From: an uncultured Sphingosinicella sp.
GTDB taxonomy: Bacteria; Pseudomonadota; Alphaproteobacteria; Sphingomonadales; Sphingomonadaceae
Length of the DNA: 64,000 nucleotides
Direction: 5' to 3'
Assembly: GCA_966193865.1 (NCBI GenBank)
Contig: CBIGXQ010000001.1
Location: 3,761-67,760, forward strand
The notes beneath the pieces were generated by a model. The model did not search any database. It was not told the origin of the DNA and saw only the letters and a program-made list of their open reading frames with translations. Below, piece by piece: positions 8,549 through 19,001 of this stretch (its first letter is position 1; each line of letters starts with the position of its first letter). A program made the translations under genes and the position numbers.

Positions 8549-10438
8549 ATGATCACCGCTCTATTGCTTGCTTCGGCCCAGATCTCGCCCTCAGCGGGGA
8601 CCCTGCCCGAGGATCCCAATTCCGATGGGGAGATCCTCGTCACCGCTTCGCTGCTTCCGGTCCACTCGTCGAACGCGCCGGCTTCGACGACCTTTTTCGA
8701 CGAAGACCTCATCGATGCGCTCGGGCTGACCGCGGCCAGCGACCTGGTCCGGCTGGCGCCCGGAGTCTCCGTTGCCACCAGCGGCGCTCGCGGCACCGAG
8801 ACCGTCGTCCGGATCCGGGGCGCTGAATCCCATCATACCCTGGTCTTCATCGACGGAATCGCCTTCAACGATGTCGCCGCCGCCAACGCCGCCCGTTTCG
8901 ACACATTTTCTGCCGGCGGACTGGACCGGATCGAGCTTATCCGGGGCCCGCAATCCGCCTTGTGGGGCTCCGAAGCTCTGGGCGGAGTTGTCGCCTTGAC
9001 CAGCCCGGATCCGCTGGGCCGGCGCCGGGCTGAAGCCGCGTTCGAAACGGGAAGTGGTGATTTCCATAGAGCCGACGCGGAATTCGCCACTGGCGGCCAG
9101 CGCGCAGGCCTTTCCGCCACCGCGAGCTGGGCGCGAGGCGACGGAATCGACATCATCGGCGGCGGCACCGGTGATCGAGACGGCTTCGAGACGCTCACTC
9201 TCGGCCTCAAGGGCGTCGCGCGATTCGGCGCTTTCGAGGCAGGAGCGGTCGGCCGGAAGATCAATCATGAGATCGATTTCGACGGCGTCGATCCCTTCAC
9301 CTTCCGCCGCGCCGACACGCGCGATTCCTCCGTTGCCGACACCGCGGCGGTGCGCGGCTGGGTCGGCTTCGACGATGGCTCGGGATGGTCGGCTCGACTC
9401 GAGGCCCAGCATCTCGACAGCGAGAACCGCAATCGGGTCGGCGCGGTTCGGACCACCGACAGTCGCGGCCGAAGAACCCGCTTCGGAGGTCGAGTGGGAC
9501 GACGGCTCGAGGCGGCCGGAGCTCGGCACGACCTTGTGATGGCGGTCGAACGCGAGGAAGAGAAATTCACGACCGCCGATGCCGGCGGCAATGGACCGGG
9601 ACGCAGTCTCGACCGCGCAAGGACGGCTTTCGTCGCCGAATGGCGGGCAATCTGGGGTGATCGGGTCACCACCGATCTTGCGGTCCGGCATGACGATTTC
9701 GATCGGTTTGTCGACGATACCACAGTCCGCCTCAACGCGGTCGTCGAGATGGGGGACGGTCTCCAGCTGCTCGCCGGCTACGGCGAAGGCATTGCCCAGC
9801 CGAGCTTCACCGACCTGTTCGGATTTCCGGGTTTCCCGTTCGTCGGTAATTCTGATCTCCGGCCGGAGCGCTCGCGCGGGTTCGAAGCCGGCCTTCGCTG
9901 GCGCGATCGGGCTCTGACCCTGGAGGCCGTCTTGTTCTCGAACGATCTCGAGGACGAGATCGTCGAGGATTTCAGCGTCTTCCCCAGCAGCGTCGTCAAC
10001 GCCTCGGGGAAGAGTCGCCGCCGGGGACTGGAATTCGCCGCCTTATGGCAGCCGACCGCGTCGCTGCGTCTCAATCTGAACTATACGAGGCTCGATTCCA
10101 GGGAGGGAGATGCCGGCGATTCGGCACGGGAGATTCGCCGGCCCAGGAACACGGCCAACGTCTTCGCCGATTGGCGGTCCGGTCCCTACACGATCGGCGC
10201 CTCGTTCGCTTATGTCGGACGTCGGACGGATCGTGATTTCGACTTGTTCCCGGCGCCGACCGTGACTCTCGACGATTATCTGCTCGGAGGATTGCGGCTG
10301 GCCTATCGGCTTCTCCCCCAGGTCGAGGCCTTTGCGCGGGTCGAGAACGGCTTCGACGCCGATTACCAGGACGTGTTCGGCTATGGTCAGCCCGGACGAT
10401 CGGTTCATGCGGGTCTTCGCGTCGCTCTTGGCCGCTAG
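8549..10438 (+). CDS. btuB: TonB-dependent cobalamin receptor (BtuB-like)
   Basis: SD GAGGAGG before ATG 8549; TonB box EILVTA; plug motifs IRG, LVFIDG and RIELIRGPQSALWGSEALGGVV; lies under a B12 riboswitch. Confidence 0.85.
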   Translation: MITALLLASAQISPSAGTLPEDPNSDGEILVTASLLPVHSSNAPASTTFFDEDLIDALGLTAASDLVRLAPGVSVATSGARGTETVVRIRGAESHHTLVFIDGIAFNDVAAANAARFDTFSAGGLDRIELIRGPQSALWGSEALGGVVALTSPDPLGRRRAEAAFETGSGDFHRADAEFATGGQRAGLSATASWARGDGIDIIGGGTGDRDGFETLTLGLKGVARFGAFEAGAVGRKINHEIDFDGVDPFTFRRADTRDSSVADTAAVRGWVGFDDGSGWSARLEAQHLDSENRNRVGAVRTTDSRGRRTRFGGRVGRRLEAAGARHDLVMAVEREEEKFTTADAGGNGPGRSLDRARTAFVAEWRAIWGDRVTTDLAVRHDDFDRFVDDTTVRLNAVVEMGDGLQLLAGYGEGIAQPSFTDLFGFPGFPFVGNSDLRPERSRGFEAGLRWRDRALTLEAVLFSNDLEDEIVEDFSVFPSSVVNASGKSRRRGLEFAALWQPTASLRLNLNYTRLDSREGDAGDSAREIRRPRNTANVFADWRSGPYTIGASFAYVGRRTDRDFDLFPAPTVTLDDYLLGGLRLAYRLLPQVEAFARVENGFDADYQDVFGYGQPGRSVHAGLRVALGR

Positions 10439-11195
10439 CCTGGCGCTCGCCGCGCCGGCTGATGCGTCGCCGCGGCGGGTGGCGTCGCTCAACCTGTGCA
10501 CGGACGAGCTCGTGCTGATGATTGCCGATCCGGCGCAGATCGCCTCGGTGACCCATCTGTCGCAAAGCCCGGCCGAGACGCCCTTGTGGCGGCTAGCGAG
10601 ACGCCACGCGCGCAACGACGGCAGCCTGCTTTCGGTCGCGCCCTTGCGTCCCGACCTCGTGGTGACGATGGGCGGCGGAGCGCGCGACCGGCTGCGCATC
10701 GCCGCTCGGCTCGGAATCCCCACGCTCGACCTGCCCTTCGCGCGGAGCATCGCGGACGTCGAGCGAAGCATCGGCCGGCTCGCCGAGGCCCTTGGCCGGC
10801 CCGCCGCCGGAGCGGCCCTGCTTCGCCGGATCCGGGCGCTGAAGAGGACGGCGCCGCCGGCGAGCACCGAGACGATCTGGCTCGGCGGAGGTGGACGAAC
10901 GGTCGCCGCAGACGGGCTGGAGGCGCAGTGGATGCGCCTGGCCGGGCTGAGACAAAGGCCGGTTCGTGGTGACCGGATCTCGCTGGAAGAGCTTCTCGTC
11001 CGGCCGCCGCAGGTCGTCCTTCGGAGCGACTATCGGCAGGGACAATATTCGGGTGCCCAGCGCTGGCTCTCCCACCCGCTTGCCCGACGTCCGGCCGGAT
11101 CGCGCCTGATCGTGACGGACGGACGCCGCTGGACCTGCATGGGCCCACTGCTCATCGCCGAAACGCTTCGCCTCCGAAGGGCGCTCGAGAGATGA
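10407..11195 (+). CDS. Periplasmic cobalamin-binding protein (BtuF-like)
   Basis: Signal peptide, then PRRVASLNLCTDELV typical of alphaproteobacterial Fe/B12 ABC substrate-binding proteins; overlaps the btuB end. Confidence 0.82.
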   Translation: MRVFASLLAASLALAAPADASPRRVASLNLCTDELVLMIADPAQIASVTHLSQSPAETPLWRLARRHARNDGSLLSVAPLRPDLVVTMGGGARDRLRIAARLGIPTLDLPFARSIADVERSIGRLAEALGRPAAGAALLRRIRALKRTAPPASTETIWLGGGGRTVAADGLEAQWMRLAGLRQRPVRGDRISLEELLVRPPQVVLRSDYRQGQYSGAQRWLSHPLARRPAGSRLIVTDGRRWTCMGPLLIAETLRLRRALER

Positions 11196-12160
11196 GCGTA
11201 AGAATCGGCGCCTTGCTCATGCTCGCGGTTGCCGCAGCCTTCATCATTTCCTTGCTCGTGCCGTGGACGGTGCTGGGCGGGCTGGTCGAAGAGCAACCGG
11301 AGCTCGCCACGGCCATCCTCATCGAGCTCCGGCTGCCCCGCGCCGCCCTGGCCCTCGTCTACGGCGCCACCCTGGGCGCGTCGGGGGCCGCGGTTCAGGC
11401 GCTGTTCGCCAACCCCCTTGCCTCGCCGGACCTCACCGGCACCACCAGCGGCGCCGCTTTGGGGGCCGTGGTCGTCGCCTACATCATCGGCTTCTCCTCA
11501 CCGATCGCCTTGTCGGTCGGCGCCGTCGCGGGTGCGCTCGGCGCGCTCGCCTTGCTCCTTGCACTCGCCGGGCCGAGGGCCGAAACCGCCACTTTGCTTC
11601 TGGCGGGTCTGGCGATCAGCGCCCTCGCAGGCGCTCTGACCACTCTGGCGCTCGCTCTCGCTCCGTCCCCTTTCGCCTTCTACGATGCCTATGACTGGCT
11701 GATGGGTTCGCTCGTCGACCGAAGCCTCGCCCAGACCGCCTTCGCCGCCGGCCCCGCCTTGCTCACCTTCCTGCTCCTGCTTCGGCTCGCCCGGCCGCTC
11801 GACAGCCTCGCGCTCGGCGAGGAAGTCGCCACCTCGCTCGGCCACGACGTCTTCCGGCTCAGGCTCGAAATCATCTGCCTGACCGCGCTCGGCGTCGGCG
11901 CCTGTGTCGCCATTTGCGGAGCGATCGGGTTCGTCGGCCTCGTCGCTCCGATCTTCGCCCGGCACCTGACCCGCAATCATCCCGGGCAGGCGATCCTTCC
12001 GGCCGCCGCGATCGGCGCGATCCTGCTTACCGCCGCCGATCTCGCCGTCCGCTCGGCGCCGCTGGGCAGGACCCTCCCGATCGGCGTGGTGACCGCCTTG
12101 ATCGGCGCGCCTTTCTTCCTCTGGCTGGTGGTCCATATGCGCTGGAGGCTGGGAAGATGA
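11192..12160 (+). CDS. FecCD/BtuC-type ABC permease
   Basis: ELRLPRA, QALFANPLASP, GAIGFVGLVAP and PIGVVTALIGAPFF motifs; ATGA coupling to the upstream gene. Confidence 0.9.
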   Translation: MSVRIGALLMLAVAAAFIISLLVPWTVLGGLVEEQPELATAILIELRLPRAALALVYGATLGASGAAVQALFANPLASPDLTGTTSGAALGAVVVAYIIGFSSPIALSVGAVAGALGALALLLALAGPRAETATLLLAGLAISALAGALTTLALALAPSPFAFYDAYDWLMGSLVDRSLAQTAFAAGPALLTFLLLLRLARPLDSLALGEEVATSLGHDVFRLRLEIICLTALGVGACVAICGAIGFVGLVAPIFARHLTRNHPGQAILPAAAIGAILLTAADLAVRSAPLGRTLPIGVVTALIGAPFFLWLVVHMRWRLGR

Positions 12161-12852
12161 GACTGTGCGCCTCCGGGCTCGGCCTGCCCGGCCGATTGTT
12201 CGACGTCTCGCTCTCGATCCGGGCGGGAGAGATGGTTTGCCTCGTCGGCCCGAATGGAAGCGGCAAGACGAGTCTTCTCCACGCCCTCGCCGGAATTGGC
12301 TCGCCTTCGGGTACGATGAGCCTCGACGGCACCGATCCGCGTCGTCTCGGGCCAACGCTCAGGCCGAAATATCTGACCTACCTGCCTGCCTCGAGGGACC
12401 TGGCCTGGCCGCTCCTCGCCGGCGATCTGATCGCGCTCGCCGGCGATCCGCGGCCTTTGCCGGAACTGGAGCTCGAGGACCTCGTCGGCCGGCGGGTCGA
12501 CAGCCTCTCCACGGGCGAGCGAAGCCGGGTGCTGATCGCCCGGGCCCTGCTCCCCTGCCCCAGGCTCCTCCTGCTCGACGAGCCGACCGCGAACCTCGAC
12601 CCTCTCTGGCAGATCCGGCTGATGGCGCTGATCAGGTCCGAAACCCGAAGCGACGGTCGGATGGCGCTCATGGCCATTCACGACCTCGATCTGGCGGCGC
12701 GGTTCGCCGACCGGATTCTCGTCATGAGGGGCGGCCGTATCGCCGCGGAGGGCCTGAACGGCCCCCATGTCGCCGAGATTTTCGGAGTCGAGAAAAAGGC
12801 TGGCGCCTGGCAGCCCGTCAGGCCGCCGGCGGATCCGCGATCATCGCCGTGA
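12157..12852 (+). CDS. ABC ATP-binding protein (BtuD/FepC-like)
   Basis: Walker [10 protein letters not shown], signature LSTGE, Walker B LLLDEPT, H-loop IHDL; ATGA coupling; 3' end overlaps fabZ convergently. Confidence 0.88.
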   Translation: MRLCASGLGLPGRLFDVSLSIRAGEMVCLVGPNGSGKTSLLHALAGIGSPSGTMSLDGTDPRRLGPTLRPKYLTYLPASRDLAWPLLAGDLIALAGDPRPLPELELEDLVGRRVDSLSTGERSRVLIARALLPCPRLLLLDEPTANLDPLWQIRLMALIRSETRSDGRMALMAIHDLDLAARFADRILVMRGGRIAAEGLNGPHVAEIFGVEKKAGAWQPVRPPADPRSSP

Positions 12853-13291
12853 AATCGGCCTGCGCGGCGAGCTTGTCGCCGACATAGGCCTTGCCGGCGA
12901 ACTTGCAGACGGTCGAACGCTTCTGCACGAACTCGACCTCGAGACGAAGCAGAACCCCCGGTTCGACAGGGGTGCGGAACTTCGCTCCGTCGATCGCCAT
13001 GAAGTAAACCAGCTTGCCGGAGCCGGCGAGACCGAGCGACTCCACCGCAAGCACCCCCGCCGCCTGGGCGAGCGCCTCGACGATGAGAACGCCGGGCATG
13101 ATCGGCCGGTCTGGGAAATGGCCGGCGAAGAAATGCTCGTTGATCGTCACCGCCTTGATCGCGGTGATTCGCTGATCGACGACCAGCTCCTCGACCCGGT
13201 CGACGAGGAGCATTGGGAACCGGTGAGGCAGCGCCGCCATCACCCGCCTGACGTCAAGCGGCATGGCGGCGGCGCCGTCCTCGCCCGGCAT
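12818..13291 (-). CDS. fabZ: 3-hydroxyacyl-ACP dehydratase
   Basis: [13 protein letters not shown] and [22 protein letters not shown]; ATG 13291 overlaps the skp TAA. Confidence 0.96.
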   Translation of the reverse strand: MPGEDGAAAMPLDVRRVMAALPHRFPMLLVDRVEELVVDQRITAIKAVTINEHFFAGHFPDRPIMPGVLIVEALAQAAGVLAVESLGLAGSGKLVYFMAIDGAKFRTPVEPGVLLRLEVEFVQKRSTVCKFAGKAYVGDKLAAQADFTAMIADPPAA

Positions 13292-13914
13292 TAGCGGCCC
13301 TGCGGCTGCGGCTGCGGCTGGGCCGGCTGCGGCGGCGCCGGCAGCGGAACGACGTTGACCGTCGTCAGCTGCTGGTTGAGCGCGGCGAGCACCGCGTCGG
13401 TGACGTCGACGCCGTTGGACCGGGCGAGAGTCGCATTGGTATCGAGCGCGATGTTCGCGTTCCGCTGGGTCATCACCTGGGTCACGATCGGGTTGAGACG
13501 CTCGTTGATCTGGCGAAGGACATTGGCCTGGCTCGACTGGATGTTCTGCTCCAGCCGCGCAACTTCCTGCTGGGCAGTGGTCTGCCGCGCCTGTAATTGC
13601 TGGAGCCGGGTGTTGAGCGCCGTCTCTGCGGTCGCCCGGGCAGCGCCGGTCTGGTTGCGCAAGGCGGCGGCGGCTTGTTCGATCGACTGAGCTTCGGCCT
13701 GAATCGGCTGACCGAGCTGGGTGGCGCGAGCGCGGGCGGAGGTGACCATGCCCTGGAGCTGGGTCTGTGCTGCCCGGCAAGCGGTACATTCGCGATAGAT
13801 GCGGTCGGTATCGACCACGACGATGACGGCGTCCGGTGCGCGTTGCGCCTGGGCGGCCACCGGCATCGTCGAAGCGAGCGCGGCAGCAGCCGCACCAAAG
13901 ATGAATTTGTTCAT
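13291..13914 (-). CDS. skp: OmpH/Skp family periplasmic chaperone
   Basis: Signal peptide, IVVVD N-terminal strand, long Q/A-rich coiled coil, [11 protein letters not shown]; lies between bamA and fabZ. Confidence 0.85.
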   Translation of the reverse strand: MNKFIFGAAAAALASTMPVAAQAQRAPDAVIVVVDTDRIYRECTACRAAQTQLQGMVTSARARATQLGQPIQAEAQSIEQAAAALRNQTGAARATAETALNTRLQQLQARQTTAQQEVARLEQNIQSSQANVLRQINERLNPIVTQVMTQRNANIALDTNATLARSNGVDVTDAVLAALNQQLTTVNVVPLPAPPQPAQPQPQPQGR

Positions 13915-16631
13915 TAGAAAGCGGTCCCTACGTTGAAGCTGAAGAGTTTGGTGTCGTCACCCGGCTCACTTAATAGTGCCTTGGCTATATCGATCCTGAA
14001 CGGCCCGAAGGGCGAGTTCCAGTTGAAGCCGATGCCGATGGCGAGACGCGGGCTCGGCGAATCACCGAGGAACACCTCCCGGAACGGAGCGGTGATCTGT
14101 GTCTGGAGAAGGTTGGTGCCGGTCGGGCAGCCGGCCGCGTCCACCGGAATCGGCGTGATGACCGGGGTGGCGCCGCCGGTGGAGCATTGGCGGAGCCCGC
14201 CGACAGTGAGGACCGGCCGGAACAGGCGCGGATCGTCGGGCGGAAGATCATTGAGGACGGGCGCCCGAACGCCCCACAAGGCGCCGACGTCGAGGAAAAT
14301 CGACGGCCGGATGCCGAGGTCGCGGAGGCCGGCGCCCAGGGGGATCTCCAGCTCGGCGCGGCCGAGATAATAAGCCCGGCCGCCCAGGGCATCGTCGAGA
14401 ATTTCCTGACGATCCTCGGAGAGGCGGACGTTGATCGGCGCCTTCGTGGTCGGATCCCTGTCGAACAGATAGGGAATGCGCTGGATGCGCGGGCCGACGC
14501 CGCGGATGTCGAAGCCGCGAATCTGCGGATTGCCGAGGAAGAAGCGGTCGGTAATCCGAACCGGATCGACGTTGGGCGACCCATTCTCGAACGAATGGAT
14601 GTAGCCGCCTTCGAGGCTCAACGAGAAGATGAAGTCGTTGAAGACGTTCCAATATTTCGCGCCACTCAAGCGAGTCCGGAGATAACGCACGTCGCCGCCC
14701 AGGCCGGCGAAATCCTGGCTCAGAAGCAGGCGTTCGCCGCGGCTCGGCCGAAGATTGTTGTTGAGCGTGCTGTAGAGAAGCGAATAGCCGACCGAGGAGG
14801 TCAGGCGGTTGCCGGTGGCATCGCACAGATAGCGGCCCGCAAGAAGCGGATCACAGGTCGCGGGCAGTGGGCCGGCGCCGTCCGGATCGGTGAAGAAATT
14901 GGCCTGGCTGAGGCCGACCTCGTCATAGTTCAGGCCGTAACGCAGAGCGAGCTGCATGTTCGTCGTCAGCGGAACGCCGAGGCGAAGCTGCCCGCCCGTG
15001 CTCACCTGCTCATAGGTGGTCTCGCGATTATTGCCGATAAAGTTGAAGCTGTTGTAATCGCGGCGATAGACGTCGAACCCGACGGCGACGTTGCGATCGA
15101 ACAGATAAGGCTCGGTAAAGCCGATCTCGGCAGACTTGGAATAGCTCGAATAGTTGATCGCAGCCCGAAGCTCCTGACCGAGCCCGCGGAAATTGCGCTG
15201 CCTCACCGACAGGCTGAGCAGGAACGCCTCGAGGCTCGAATAGCCCGCCGACAGCTGAAGCTCGCCGGTCGCTCGCTCCTCGACCTCGACTCCGAGGATC
15301 ACCCGGTCCGGTCCGGACCCCTGCTCCTGCTGGATCTCGAGCTCTTCCTGGAAGAAGCCGAGAGAGCGGATCCGATCCCTCGAGCGGCTGACCGCGACGC
15401 TGTTGAACGGGTCGCCCTCGGCGAGCTGGAACTCGCGCCGGATGACCTTGTCATGGGTGTTGGTGTTGCCGCTGATGTCGATCCGCTCGACATAGACGCG
15501 CGGCGATTCTGCGACCCGGAAGGTGATGCCCATCGTCAGCGCCTCGCGATTGCGCTGATATTGGGGACGAATGTCGGAGAAGGCGTAGCCGAACAGGCCG
15601 GCGAGCTCGTTGAGGCGGGTGACCGTGTCCTCGACGAGCTGGGCGTTGAACCAGTCGCCCGGCTCCATCGGGACGCTCGGCCGCAACTGTTCGGCCGTAA
15701 GGTCGCGGACATCGCTCTCGATGTTCACTTCGCCGAACTTGTAGCGCTCCCCTTCCTCGATCACGTAAGTGATGATGAAGTCGCGGCGATCGGGGGTGAG
15801 CTCGGCCACGGCCGAAACGACACGGAAATCGGCATAGCCCTGAGTGAGGTAGAATTGCCTCAGCTTCTGCTGGTCGAAGGCGAGACGATCAGGATCGTAA
15901 GTGTCGTTGGACTGGAGGATGTTCCACCAGCTCGCCTCGCGGGTCGCCATTTGGGAGATGAGCTGTCCGTCGCCGAACTGCTCGTTGCCGATGATGTTGA
16001 TCTGGCGGACGCGCGACTTCGGCCCCTCGTCGATCTCGAACACGACGTCGACCCGGTTCTGGTCGAGCTGGACGATCTGAGGCTCGACCCGGGCGGCGTA
16101 GCGACCCTGGCGCCGATAAAGCTCGATGATTCGGGCGACGTCCGCACGGGCGCGCGAACGGGTGAAGATCTGACGCGGCGCAAGCCGGATTTCCGGAGTG
16201 ATCTTGTCGTCCTTGATGCGGCGATTGCCTTCGAGGACGATCCGGTTGATCACCGGATTTTCGCGGACCTGGACGACCAGATTGCCGGTGTCGGCGCCGG
16301 CGATCGTGACATCGGCGAACAGCTCGGTCGCGAGCAGATCGCGGAGCGCCTGGTCGAGGCGCTCATTGTCGTAAGGCTCGCCGGGGCGGAGCGCGGTATA
16401 GGAAAGGACCGTTTCGGCTTCGAGACGCTGGTTGCCGGTGACGCTGATCGAGCGAATGATCTGCTGCACGGGCGCCGCGACCGGGGCCGGCTGGGCCGCT
16501 TCGGTCGTGGCTGGCTGGACCGTCTCCGCGGTCTGGGCGACGGCCGGCGAGACGACCCCGCCGAGCATCGTGCCGACCAGCAAGGCCGTGCACAGCTTAC
16601 GACCCTTGGGAAATGCTTGTTTCACCGTCAC
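13914..16631 (-). CDS. bamA: Outer membrane protein assembly factor BamA
   Basis: POTRA repeats ([25 protein letters not shown]), IRGF motif, C-terminal [12 protein letters not shown] start at 16631 or 16625. Confidence 0.96.
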   Translation of the reverse strand: MTVKQAFPKGRKLCTALLVGTMLGGVVSPAVAQTAETVQPATTEAAQPAPVAAPVQQIIRSISVTGNQRLEAETVLSYTALRPGEPYDNERLDQALRDLLATELFADVTIAGADTGNLVVQVRENPVINRIVLEGNRRIKDDKITPEIRLAPRQIFTRSRARADVARIIELYRRQGRYAARVEPQIVQLDQNRVDVVFEIDEGPKSRVRQINIIGNEQFGDGQLISQMATREASWWNILQSNDTYDPDRLAFDQQKLRQFYLTQGYADFRVVSAVAELTPDRRDFIITYVIEEGERYKFGEVNIESDVRDLTAEQLRPSVPMEPGDWFNAQLVEDTVTRLNELAGLFGYAFSDIRPQYQRNREALTMGITFRVAESPRVYVERIDISGNTNTHDKVIRREFQLAEGDPFNSVAVSRSRDRIRSLGFFQEELEIQQEQGSGPDRVILGVEVEERATGELQLSAGYSSLEAFLLSLSVRQRNFRGLGQELRAAINYSSYSKSAEIGFTEPYLFDRNVAVGFDVYRRDYNSFNFIGNNRETTYEQVSTGGQLRLGVPLTTNMQLALRYGLNYDEVGLSQANFFTDPDGAGPLPATCDPLLAGRYLCDATGNRLTSSVGYSLLYSTLNNNLRPSRGERLLLSQDFAGLGGDVRYLRTRLSGAKYWNVFNDFIFSLSLEGGYIHSFENGSPNVDPVRITDRFFLGNPQIRGFDIRGVGPRIQRIPYLFDRDPTTKAPINVRLSEDRQEILDDALGGRAYYLGRAELEIPLGAGLRDLGIRPSIFLDVGALWGVRAPVLNDLPPDDPRLFRPVLTVGGLRQCSTGGATPVITPIPVDAAGCPTGTNLLQTQITAPFREVFLGDSPSPRLAIGIGFNWNSPFGPFRIDIAKALLSEPGDDTKLFSFNVGTAF

Positions 16632-16710
16632 GCGGTCCCCGCCTCTGTGTTGAATGCCGGCCCTCTGGCTGGCCATGATCCCTGTCGACGCCAGCCCTGC
16701 CCGATCATGG

Positions 16711-17841
16711 TCAGCCGATCAAGCCGCCAAGCTTGGTGAAGAGGCCAAAAGACGCCAGGTCGTTCAAGGTAACGAAAATCATCAGTGCCAGCAGCACCGC
16801 CAGTCCGGTTCTGAACGCCCATTCCTGGGCCGCCGGCTTCAGCGGCTTACGCCTCACTCCCTCTATCGCGTAGAATAGCAGGTGTCCGCCATCCAGCAGC
16901 GGGATTGGCAACAAGTTGATGAATCCCAGATTAATTGAGATCAGGCTCATGAAAAGGACGAAATCGAGCCAGCCGAGGCTCGCCTGCTGTCCGGAATATT
17001 GAGCGATCTTCAGCGGACCGCCCATTTCCTTCACCGATCGGGTTCCGGTAATGACCTGCCCGAGCGTCACGACCATCATCTTTACGGTGTGGCCGGTCTG
17101 ACGAAAGGCGGCGCCGACCACCTCGTGTGGAGGAAGGCGGACGACCTCGATCCCGCCGGGCCCGATTCCCACCCGGCCGATCCGGGCCTTGTTGCCGAAC
17201 CGGTCTTCGAGCTGGAGCGGACGCGGAACCACGGTCTGGGTGAGCAACGCGCCCTGCCGCTCATATTCGAACGCCATCGGCTGGCCCGGCCTGATCGCCA
17301 CATAGGAAGCGATGTCCTCGAACCGCTCGATCGACTGGCCATCGATGGAACCGATCCGGTCGCCTGGGCGAAGCCCGGCGGCCTCGGCGGCCGAGCCCTC
17401 CTCGACCACTGCGACCACGGGCGGCGTCCGCGGTTCCCCGTAGCTGGCGAAGAGCGCGATGTAGACGAGGATCGCGACCAGGAAATTGGTCACCGGCCCG
17501 GCAAGGACGATGAGGAATCTTTGCCAGAGCTTCTTGGCCTGAAAGGTCTCGGCCCGCTCGGCCGGCGGCAGGTTCAGCCATTCGTCGGAAGGCGTGCTTG
17601 CCGGGTTCATGTCCCCCTTGAACCGGACATAGCCGCCAAGCGGCATCCAGCCCACCTTCCAGCGGGTCCCTCTCTTGTCGGTCCAGCCGAATATCTCCCG
17701 GCCGAAGCCGATCGAAAAGGCTTCGGCCTTCACCCCAAACCAGCGCCCGACGAAATAATGACCGAGCTCATGAACGAAGATGAGCGGCCCGATGACGAGC
17801 AGGAAGGCAAGGATCGTGAAGAGGAAATTGGGGCTGTTCAA
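16711..17841 (-). CDS. rseP: RIP metalloprotease RseP (MmpA)
   Basis: HELGH, FSIGFG, PLGGYV, PDZ domain, NLLPIPLLDGGH. Confidence 0.95.
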   Translation of the reverse strand: MNSPNFLFTILAFLLVIGPLIFVHELGHYFVGRWFGVKAEAFSIGFGREIFGWTDKRGTRWKVGWMPLGGYVRFKGDMNPASTPSDEWLNLPPAERAETFQAKKLWQRFLIVLAGPVTNFLVAILVYIALFASYGEPRTPPVVAVVEEGSAAEAAGLRPGDRIGSIDGQSIERFEDIASYVAIRPGQPMAFEYERQGALLTQTVVPRPLQLEDRFGNKARIGRVGIGPGGIEVVRLPPHEVVGAAFRQTGHTVKMMVVTLGQVITGTRSVKEMGGPLKIAQYSGQQASLGWLDFVLFMSLISINLGFINLLPIPLLDGGHLLFYAIEGVRRKPLKPAAQEWAFRTGLAVLLALMIFVTLNDLASFGLFTKLGGLIG

Positions 17842-19001
17842 TCGCGGAACTTTCCTGCCGTCGCCGCGGCCGCATCGCGCGCCTCGCGGTCGATCTCCAG
17901 CACATCGTCCAGCGACGAGGGCGCAGGAGGGTCATAGCTGGCCAGCACATCACCGACCAGAGCCGCTATATCGAGGAAGCCGATCCGGCTTTCAAGGAAG
18001 GAAGCGACGGCTATCTCGTTGGCGGCGTTGAGGATTGCCGGCTTGGCTCCGCCCGCCTCGAGCGCTTCGCGGGCGAGCCGGAGCGCCGGGAACCGCTCGA
18101 GATCCGGGGCCTGAAAGTCGAGCGAGCCGATCCGGACCAGATCGAGCCGCTCGCACGGCGTCTCCATCCGCTCGGGCCAGGCGAGCGTGTAGGCGATCGG
18201 GATTCGCATGTCGGGAGCGCCGAGCTGGGCAAGGACCGACCCGTCCACATATTCCACCAGCGAGTGGATCACCGACTGCGGGTGAATGACGACATCGAGG
18301 GCATCGGGCTCGACCGGGAACAGATGATAGGCCTCGATCAGCTCCAGGCCCTTGTTCATCAGGGTAGCGCAATCGACCGAGATCTTCGCGCCCATCGACC
18401 AATTGGGGTGGGCGATCGCCTGGGCAGCGCTCGCCTGCTCCATCTCCTTCAACGTCTTGGTGAGGAACGGACCGCCGCTTGCGGTGAGGATGATCCGGCT
18501 GACGCTGTCGGGATGGCTTCGATCGAAGCATTGGAAGATGGCATTATGCTCGGAATCGACCGGCAACAGGGTGGCGCCGCTCGCCGCCGCCGCTTGGGTC
18601 ATCAGCTCGCCCGCGGAAACCAGGGCCTCCTTGTTGGCGAAGGCGATCGTGCCGCCGCGTTCGAGAGCGCGCATCACCGGCTTGAGGCCCGCCGTGCCGA
18701 CGATGGCCGCCATCGTCCAGTCGGCGCCGGCGCCGGCCGCCTCCTCGACCGCCGCCATTCCTGATCGAGCGACGATTCCCGACCCTGCGAGGGCATCGAC
18801 GAGCGCCTCGTGAAGGGAGGGATCGGCGATGACGGCCTCGGCGGCGCGATGCCTTCGCGCCAGCTCGGCGAGGCCCGCCACATCGCGCCGCGCCGTCAAA
18901 GCGAGGACCTGGAATCGTTCGCCTGCGCGGCCGATCAGATCCAGTGTGGACCGGCCGACGGAACCGGTCGCGCCAAGTATCGTGACCTTTCTCTGGTTCA
19001 C
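17838..19001 (-). CDS. dxr: 1-deoxy-D-xylulose-5-phosphate reductoisomerase
   Basis: ILGATGSVG, ANKEALV, PVDSEHNAIFQ, HPNWSMGAKIS and LMNKGLE motifs; GTG start 19001 overlaps the cdsA stop. Confidence 0.96.
   Translation of the reverse strand: MNQRKVTILGATGSVGRSTLDLIGRAGERFQVLALTARRDVAGLAELARRHRAAEAVIADPSLHEALVDALAGSGIVARSGMAAVEEAAGAGADWTMAAIVGTAGLKPVMRALERGGTIAFANKEALVSAGELMTQAAAASGATLLPVDSEHNAIFQCFDRSHPDSVSRIILTASGGPFLTKTLKEMEQASAAQAIAHPNWSMGAKISVDCATLMNKGLELIEAYHLFPVEPDALDVVIHPQSVIHSLVEYVDGSVLAQLGAPDMRIPIAYTLAWPERMETPCERLDLVRIGSLDFQAPDLERFPALRLAREALEAGGAKPAILNAANEIAVASFLESRIGFLDIAALVGDVLASYDPPAPSSLDDVLEIDREARDAAAATAGKFRD

Noticed and set aside
13295-13345. GGCTGC tandem repeats at the skp 3' end
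   Set aside because: They encode a PQ-rich low-complexity tail; an in-frame hexamer repeat, not a phase-variation tract or CRISPR.
14187-16739. Very long antisense ORFs (e.g. 14187-16739 +, 21154-23025 +, 44593-46617 +, 53801-55942 +, 34619-36652 -)
   Set aside because: They mirror well-identified genes on the opposite strand and have no recognisable motifs. They are shadow ORFs expected from high-GC codon bias.
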